From: a bacterium
Lineage (GTDB): Bacteria > Zhuqueibacterota > Zhuqueibacteria > Oceanimicrobiales > Oceanimicrobiaceae
Direction of reading: 5' to 3'
Assembly: GCA_046757025.1 (NCBI GenBank)
Contig: JBHHXN010000133.1
Span: forward strand, 1-14,725
DNA: 14,725 nt
The notes under the pieces were generated by a model. That model was given only the letters and a program-made list of their open reading frames with translations, made no database searches and had not been told where the DNA came from. Shown here piece by piece: positions 7,393 to 14,725 of this stretch. A program made the translations under genes and the position numbers. Numbering within the stretch: the first letter of the stretch is position 1; every line of letters begins with the position of its first letter.

Positions 7393-9290
7393 GAGCCCGC
7401 CAGCCACATTGGCGGCAACACCACCTGCAGCGCAGTACAGGGCAATTACGCTTTTGTGGGCCAGGGCGGATTCCTGAGTGTGGTGGATATTTCCGGCGCC
7501 ATCTTCAGGCAGGTGGCGTAACTTGATCTGCCCGCCAAGTCTGGCGATATCCAGATCGTAGGCAACTACGCCTACCTCGCCACCGACGGCATCAGCATCG
7601 TGGATATTTCCGATCCCCTCAATCCCACGCTGGTGGATTCTCTGCAGCTTGGCACCGGTGCGGCCGCGCAAATCTTTGTTTCGGGTAATTATGCCTATCT
7701 CGCCGCTGCGGGAAATGGACTGTTGGTGATCGACATCTCCAACCCGGCCGCGCCAAATCTTATGGGCACATTTAGCAACGGCAATCGCTTTGGGGATGTT
7801 TTTGTAGCCGGCAATCACGCTTACGTGTTAGATCAATCGTTTAATAAAATGCGGGTGGTGGACATCAGCAACGCCGCTAATCCCACCGAAGTTGCAGAAA
7901 TCGACATCGTGGGCCTTAAATCCATTTATGTGCAAGGGAATTACGCTTACATTGCCGCCGCTCCAATTCCTACCGCGGGTATGCACATCGTGGACATCTC
8001 CAATCCACAAAACCCGACCAAAGTGAGTTTTTTTGAAACCGCTGAAGTAAATGGCCAGAATAAAACATTTCATTTGGCGCGCAAAGTGGCCGTGGACGGC
8101 AGTTACGCTTACATCGGAACCCGTAGCGACTCCTGGCTGTTTATCGTGGATGTTTCCAATCCGGCCAATCCAGTCGAAACCGGCAAAGTCGAGCTGACTT
8201 CCACCTGGGGAACCGTCGTGTCCCTGCAAATCGAATATCCCTCCGCGTATCTGGCGATGAATTTTGAGGTGGATGGATTTCGGGAAATCGACATTTCTAA
8301 CCGGGCGGCGCCGGCCGAGGCCAATCAATACGAAAGTCCGTACGACGTGTTCTGGGTGCAGAGCGCTTCCGACTATCTCTATGTGGCTTCCCTGGCGAAA
8401 CTGTGGATTTACGGCATGTCCGATCCAACGCAGCCCGCTTTTGTCAATTCCTACAACCAATGGGGCGAGATGCTGCGCATCTTCCTAAATGACACTACAC
8501 TCTTCGGTCTTAATTCCGTGGATATGCGCATCCTCGACGTCACGGATGCCTACAACGTAAGTCAGCTTTCGTCTTATCAGCCGGCGGGCGGTCAGCCAGT
8601 GGAAGTGTTCGTTCTCGGTAGTTATGCTTACCTGCTCACAGAAGGCAACCCGGGCAAGCTGGAGATCGTGGATATCTCTGATCTGGCAAATCCCGTGAAA
8701 GCCGGTGACGCCAACTTACTGGGCATAGGACGAGACTTGCTGGTGACCGCTGGTAGTACCGTGGCCTACATCGCTTATTACGCCAGCGGCGCGGACAAAG
8801 GCTTCCAGATCGTGGATGTGTCCGACCCGGCGGCAGCCACGCTTCTTGGTTCGGCGCAAACTGTGGGCGTACCCATATCTATCTGGGTTGAAGGTGACTC
8901 CCTGTTTGTGGGCAGCAATACTGGCGAAGATCCCAATACGCTATGGCATCTTGAAGTGTTCGACATTTCAGATCCATCCAGTCCGACAAAAGTGACAGAA
9001 ATCAGCGATGCCGGCGAAATCTGGGATTTGGAAATGAGAAACGGTTCTATTTTTGCAGGCATTGCCGGCGGCAGCGTGTACGTGTTAGCATGGGACGTGG
9101 ACGCGGCGGGTACTTTGAGCATCCTTGCAATATGCCATTCCGATGACACCCGGCAAATCTCCACCACGCCAAATGGCAGCGCCAGTACGGGCTATGTGGC
9201 CACCACCGAAGGATTTGGCGAAGATAATTCCAACGGGGAAAAAGATATCAGCGGCGACGATGGCGTGGTCATTCAGACTTTCAAATTCCC
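7393..9290 (+). repeat. LVIVD repeat region, about 13-14 blades (probably two beta-propellers)
   Basis: Recurrent 'V.GNYAY.A....GL.IVDIS.P..P': VVDISG, IVDISDP, VIDISNP, VVDISNA, IVDISNP, IVDVSNP, EIDISNR, IYGMSDP, ILDVTDA, IVDISDL, IVDVSDP, VFDISDP, then 1-2 degenerate units. Confidence 0.9.
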
Positions 9291-10071
9291 CAAAGCCAAG
9301 CAGTTTGTGGCGCCAAAGCCGATGAACATCGAAGGCGATTTTAATCCAGGTCACTCTTGCATCACTGTACCCAGCGGCTTCGTGGCCTGTTCCTGTGGTT
9401 CAATCATCCCAATTGCTGCGATAGACAAGGCCCCCTTCTGTGAAAGCTATGGCTGGAATTTTTACGAATGGACCGGCTGCGCCAGCGGCAACAATAAAAA
9501 CACGCAGGTGCAATGCGAGGGCAACGGCCAATGTGAAGCCATTGCCGTGTGGCACATGCCGGTGCTGGGGCTGAGCACTGTTCCCAGTACGCGCAATCTC
9601 TGTGCCAGCGAAGTAAATGACGAGTACGATGCCCTGGATTTCAATCTTTGCGCCAGCGAACTGGACGATTGGAAAGTCTCGTCGTTGACGTTTCAGGCCT
9701 CCGGCGACGGCCGGGATCACGAAGAGATCAAAACCGTCAGACTTTACTGGGAATCCACTTTGCTCGGCGAACAGACCTATCCAGCAGATGACGGCAGCAT
9801 TACTTTTCAGTTTGGCGAAATTACCATTCAAAAGAACGATTGCGAAAGCTTTCTTCTAACTTATGAATTTGACAAGGAAAAGTTAGATTGTCCAATTTGC
9901 GAATTTCCCAATCTCGACGACTGCGACGAATCAAAAGATTTCAGCGTGACGGTGACCAGCGCCCAGGTGGTGGCCTCGCCGGTGAGCTACGCTAATGGTA
10001 AAGTCATCGGCGACGCAACCAGCGGGCCCATCAAGGTTGGCTGCATCCGCAACATCACCAAAGACCTTTTT

Positions 10072-13000
10072 TACAAGACCATCCAGGACGCCGTGGACGA
10101 TGCCAATACAGACGACATCATCGAGGTCTGCGCCGGCACTTACACTGAAAATGTCGATATCCATAAAGCTCTGACCCTGCGCTCCACCAAAGGCTACAAA
10201 GAGACCACCATTCAGGCGCTGCTTTCCACTGACCATGTTCTTCATTTGAAGAGTGACAAAATCACCATCGAAGGGTTTACCATAAAAAAAGCCTCTCTGG
10301 CCGCGGCCGGAATTTTTATTGGCGGCAGCACCATCAAAAACGGCACCATCGCCAACAATTTCATCACGGGGAATATGGTGGGCGTGCACATCAGAGACGG
10401 CGCCCGGTCGAATTTTATCGGCGAAAGCCTGGAGGGCAACGCGGCAAACCTCATTTCAGGAAATAGCGAAGGCGGCATTCTGATCGAAGGCGTCGGCAGC
10501 GATAGCAATATGGTGGCGGGCAATTTTATCGGCACCAAAATAGGCGGCAAGGAAAAGCTGCCCAATGCAAACGGCGTGATCATTAGCGACCAGGCAAAGT
10601 ACAACTTCATCGGCGTGGGTGAATTCGACTGGAAAAAAAATATCATCTCCGGTAACGAATTGTCCGGCGTGCGCATCGACGGTGTGGGCACGGACAAAAA
10701 CAAAGTGCTGGGGAACTACATCGGCACCGACATCGCAGGGGCGGCCGCGGTGGCAAATAAAGACGGCATCCGCATTTCCGGCGGCGCCCAAGCCGACACC
10801 GTAGGCGGCACCAAGGTGTCTGAACGTAACGTCATCTCAGGTAACTCCGAGTACGGCATTCTCATCGACGGCACGGGAACCAGCGGTCACCAGATCCGTG
10901 GCAACTTCATCGGCTTGAAAAGCAACGGCGCTGAAGCGTTGAAGAACGGCGTCGATGGCATCTGGTTGTCGGCAGACGGCGGCTCAAATGTCATCGGCGG
11001 TTCAAAATTGAATGTGCGCAACATCATCTCCGCCCACCCCAAAGCCGGCATCCGCATCGACGGCTCCCACAAAAATAAAATCCTGGGCAATTTCATCGGT
11101 ACCACTGAATCCGGCAAAGAGAAACTCCCCAACAAATGGGGCGTGTACATTCAGGAACAGGCCAAAGGCAGCCTCATCGGCGGCACGGGTACCTGGGAAG
11201 ACAACCTCATTTCCGGGAACCTCGAAAGCGGCGTCCACATCGAAGGGGCGGGTACCGACAGCACACTGGTGGCCGGCAACTACATTGGCATGAGCCATGC
11301 GGGCGCCCGGCTCGGCAACAAATTCGGAATTTACATTACCGACCAGGCGAAATTCACCAGCGTCGGCAACAAAAACACCATCTCCGGCAACGACTCAAGC
11401 GGCATCCTGATCGAAGGCGCCGGCACCGATCAGAACAAAGTGTGGGGGAATCTCATCGGTTTAAATTTCAGCGGTAAGAGTAGCATGGGGAATAGGATCG
11501 GGATTTTAATCCGCAGAGGGGCGACAAGAAATATCATCGGCGGTAATCTGGATGAGGAGCGCAACATCATATCCGGCAACTCCCATAACGGCATCTGCCT
11601 TGAAGGAGAAGGCACAGACAAAAATATGGTTTGGGGCAACTACATTGGCACGGACAAAGAGGGTCAGATCGATCTGGGCAACTTCACCGGCATTACTGTT
11701 CATGCCAGGGCTAAAGCCAATGTCATCGGCCTGAGCGCAAATAGCACCAGCAAAGGCAACTTAATCTCCGGCAACGTCTGGGGTATCGACATCGCCAATG
11801 CCGGCACCGACAGCACCCGAGTCGCGGGTAACCTCATCGGCACCATGAAGGACGGCGAAACCGCTCTGCCGAACTACAAAGGCATTCTCATTACCGAAGG
11901 CGCAAAATACACGATAATTGGAGGGGTGAGAGAGCAGGGCCGAAACACAATCGCGGGGAATAATGAAGAGGGTATCTATATCTCAGGAGATGGAACAATA
12001 AAAAACCAGGTCTGGGGAAATTTCATCGGTACCAATAAAAATAATTCCACGGTTATGGGTAATCAAAACGGTGTGATTATTTCCCATGGAGCACAGGAAA
12101 ATATCATCGGGGTAAACGATTTTGAAGGCCGAGGCAACGTCATTTCTGGCAACGACAGCAGCGGCGTTTTAATAGAAAACCAGGGCACGCTTTACAATCG
12201 TGTCAAAGGCAATCACATCGGAACGGATAAAAGCGGCCGCACACCGCTGCCCAAAATATGTACGGCGTGCGCATCAGAAAACAAGCCAACGAGAACATTG
12301 TCGGCAATGAAAAAGTGGAAGAGGCGCCGGAAGAACGCAACATTATCTCCGGCAACACCCGCGCCGGGGTTTTGATTGAAGACGCCCAGAAAAATCTGGT
12401 CGGAGGAAACTACATTGGTACCAACAAAGACGGCAGCGTTAAATTGCCCAACCAGGATGGAGTGGTCTTGCGCGGACGGGCACAATTCAATTTGATCGGC
12501 GTCCGAGAAGTCTCGTCGTTCAATTATTCCGGCAGCCGCAACCTCATTGCCGGCAATCGCGACGACGGCGTGGAGATCAGCGGTTTCGACACCGACCAAA
12601 ACTACGTCATGGGGAACTTTATCGGCACCAACGACAACCCGGATATCGACCTTTCCAACAGAGTGGGGGTCTTTATTCACAATGGGGCTTATGCCAATCA
12701 GATCGGCGGTACGACTTTTCGTGAAGACAACGTCATCTCTGGCCACCCGCACACCGGCGTGATTATTCAAGATGAAGGTACCACAAACAACCAGATTCGC
12801 GGCAACAAAATTGGCACTGACTGGAGCGGCAAGGGTAAAATTCCCAACCGCTGGGGTGTGTTGATCACCCAGAGTGCAAAATCGAATATTATCGAAAAAA
12901 ATATCATCTCTGGCAATGTGTTCTTCGGCGTCTTTCTCTCGGGGCGCGGCACTAACGACAATAAAATCTGGGGCAACATCGTTGGCAAAATCAGTACCTC

Positions 13001-13610
13001 GCTTTTGGACCTGGCCAACAAGCAGGGCATTTACATCCACGCCCTCGCCGATGGCAATATCATTGGCGGCGAAGGCGCCAAAGCCAACATCATCGCCGGC
13101 AACGACGAAAAAGGCGTGTGGCTGCACCAGGTACGGGACAATGTGGTGACCGGCAATTTTATCGGCACCGACCGCGCCGGCAATGAATTGGGAAACGACA
13201 TCGGCGTGTTCGTTCAAAACAGCGCCAAAAACACCGTTAGCAGCAACAAAATATGGTACAATTGTACCGCGGTAAAACTGGCCGGCTCCTGGCAAAATCA
13301 AATCCTCAACAACGACGAACACGAAAGCTGGTGCCTGTTCACGGGACTGCACGTGAGCAATTCCAGTCCGATGGTCATCGGCAACACCTTTCGCAATGGC
13401 GCAGGCGACGCCATCCTGAGCGAACAAGGTTCCAGCCCGGTCATCCAGAAAAACAATTTCATCAGCAGCGGCGGCTTTGCCATCAACAATCAGGATGCCG
13501 GCGTCACCCTTTCTGCCACCGGCAACTGGTTTGGCGACGCCTCGGGCCCCGGCGGCTCCGGTCCGGGATCCGGCGATGAGGTGAACGGTCAGGTGGATTT
13601 TGCCAACTGG
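10072..13610 (+). repeat. Right-handed parallel beta-helix region: NosD/CASH-like cap plus 15 repeats of about 55-70 aa
   Basis: Cap YKTIQDAVDDANTDDIIEVCAGTYTENVDIHKALTLRS. Counted 15 Nx-I-[SA]-[GA]-[NH] units, each followed by GIxI...GNxIG[TLMK]...NxxGxxI (10 before the frameshift, 5 after). Closes with ATGNWFGDASGP...VDFANW. Confidence 0.9.
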
Positions 13611-13949
13611 CGCGCCACAGCCGTTTCCCTGACCGTGGCGGCTGCAACAGACACCGCTTATTTAGGCAACGGTCAAAGCGATTCGGTGATGTGCTTCTTC
13701 CAGAACTGGCAAAATCTCAGCGACGTGCTCAACGTCACCGTAACCGATTCCCTGGGCTGGCTTTACGGCGCCACCGCCTACTCCCTCACTCTGCGCGACA
13801 GCCTGGGCGCCGATTCTACCGTTTCAGTAGCCGTGCCCGGCGACGCCAAAGTCGGCACCATCAACAAGATCAAAATCCGCGCGGTTTCTCAGTCCAACCC
13901 GGCGATTTCGGACGCGGATTCCTTTCTTGTCATGGTGTACAACCGCTTC

Positions 13950-14447
13950 CTGGCGCAGATGGAAATCTCGCCGGCGTAGGCTGTACTGCGTGCGGGCCAG
14001 ACGCAGCAGTTTAAGGTGCAGGGCTACGACTCACTCGGTAACGCCATGGAGGTGGACGCGGTGTGGAACGCCACCGGCGGCAACATCGACAGCACGGGAC
14101 TCTACACCGCCGGCAGCGCGCCCGGCAATTACGAAGTGACGGCCGAAGAACCCATCAGTCACATACAGGCAACGGCCGCCCTTAAAATCGAGCCCATGCT
14201 GGCGAGAATCGTGGTATCTCCGGATACGGCGGTGCTGGCCACTGAGAAGTCGCAGCAATTCACCGCCCAGGGTTTTGACTCGCTTGGCAACACAGTGCAG
14301 GTGTTCACTCTCTGGCAGGCCACCGGCGGGGAAATCGATGCGACCGGACTTTACACCGCCGGCCTAAATCTGGGATTTTACAAGGTCTTTGCGGAAGATT
14401 CCCGCAACCATTTGCTGAGCTCGGCAGTGGTGCACATCAAAACCGTC
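13950..14447 (+). repeat. Two tandem Ig-like (Big_2-like) repeats, 83-aa period
   Basis: LAQMEISPA*AVLRAGQTQQFKVQGYDSLGN..V.A.WNATGGNIDSTGLYTAG aligns with LARIVVSPDTAVLATEKSQQFTAQGFDSLGN..V...WQATGGEIDATGLYTAG; offset 249 nt. Confidence 0.85.
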
Positions 14448-14480
14448 ACCGAGGTGGTCCAACAGGAGAGTCCGGTTTTA

Positions 14481-14725
14481 CCTGAAGATTTTGTGCTGAT
14501 GCAGAATTACCCCAATCCCTTCAATCCGTCCACCACCATCGAATTCGGGGTTAAAAAAGCCAGCCACGTCAAACTCACCATCTACGACCTGCGCGGCCGT
14601 AAAGTCACCACGCTGCTGGATAAATTTCATCAGCCGGGATTTTACAAGGTAACATTTGAGGCCAGTGAGCTGGCCACGGGTGTCTATTTTTACCAGATTC
14701 AGATGGGACAATTTCAGGCGGTGAA
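14481..14725 (+). other. T9SS type A C-terminal sorting domain of the giant protein (last few residues beyond the window)
   Basis: PEDFVLMQNYPNPFNPSTTIEFGVKKASHVKLTIYDLRGRKVTTLLDKFHQPGFYKVTFEASELATGVYFYQIQMGQFQAV..., in frame with 13980. Missing from the ORF track, presumably because no stop is reached within the window. Confidence 0.95.

Larger units (their letters stand above)
7285..14725 (+). pseudogene. Giant T9SS-secreted surface protein gene (>=2479 codons reconstructed: signal peptide, LVIVD propellers, Cys-rich region, beta-helix, Ig-like repeats, CTD), interrupted by TAA, a frameshift and TAG; runs off the right edge
   Basis: GGAGG (7276-7280) precedes ATG 7285. The frame reads through TAA 7519-7521 (RQVA*LDLPAKSGDIQIVGNYAYLATDGISIVDISDP) into ORF 7600. 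The frame shifts at CCCAAAATATG 12250-12260 (TPLP/NMYGVRI restores the LPNxxGVxI repeat motif). The frame then reads through TAG 13977-13979 (ISPA*AVLRAGQTQQF) and stays open for 248 codons to the edge. Confidence 0.9.

Noticed and set aside
10390..13210. CRISPR array or DGR template/variable repeat among the repeats
   Set aside because: The repeats are degenerate protein-level units. I saw no identical spaced DNA repeats, no adenine-specific near-duplicate pair, and no cas or reverse transcriptase gene in the window.
12213..13427. 404-aa minus-strand ORF and the other antisense/alternate-frame ORFs over the giant gene
   Set aside because: Shadows of a codon-biased repetitive sense gene; no recognisable motifs.
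7519..13979. Genome-wide stop-codon reassignment (TAA/TAG as sense), or Sec/Pyl insertion
   Set aside because: TAG ends exbD, TAA ends the SSADH and rlmL genes, and TGA ends the ThDP enzyme, all at expected C-termini. The internal stops are not TGA. Only two occur in about 2480 codons, and recoding would not explain the frameshift.
7600..13979. Treating 7600..12375 and 12258..13979 as independent genes
   Set aside because: Both start mid-repeat with no RBS or signal peptide, and the tail after 12255 (ICTACASENK...) is out-of-frame junk, so its CxxC is not meaningful.

Overview
Bacterial window, probably from an FCB-superphylum lineage outside the classical Bacteroidota (KSB1/Calditrichota/Ignavibacteria-like). 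This is inferred from NYPNPFNP-type T9SS sorting domains occurring together with strong Shine-Dalgarno sites. Left to right: the N-terminus of a creD-like gene (minus strand, runs off the left edge); a decayed, twice-frameshifted orphan T9SS C-terminal domain; about 0.8 kb of inverted-repeat/REP-like relics; a lone exbD; a translationally coupled pair on the minus strand (ThDP-dependent acetolactate-synthase-like enzyme plus succinate-semialdehyde dehydrogenase) resembling the cyanobacterial OgdA-SsaD 2-oxoglutarate bypass; a THUMP/RlmL-type rRNA methyltransferase; and a 1 kb AT-rich spacer. From 7285 to the right edge is a single giant T9SS-cargo gene of at least 2479 reconstructed codons. 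It encodes a signal peptide, about 13-14 LVIVD propeller blades, a Cys-rich linker, 15 beta-helix repeats, two Ig-like repeats and a CTD. It is broken by an in-frame TAA (7519), a frameshift (about 12253-12257) and an in-frame TAG (13977). Both stops sit in the context GGCG-TAR and are directly followed by possible stem-loops. The default reading is a recent pseudogene or assembly error, with programmed recoding as a testable alternative. All calls come from motif recognition; no searches were run.
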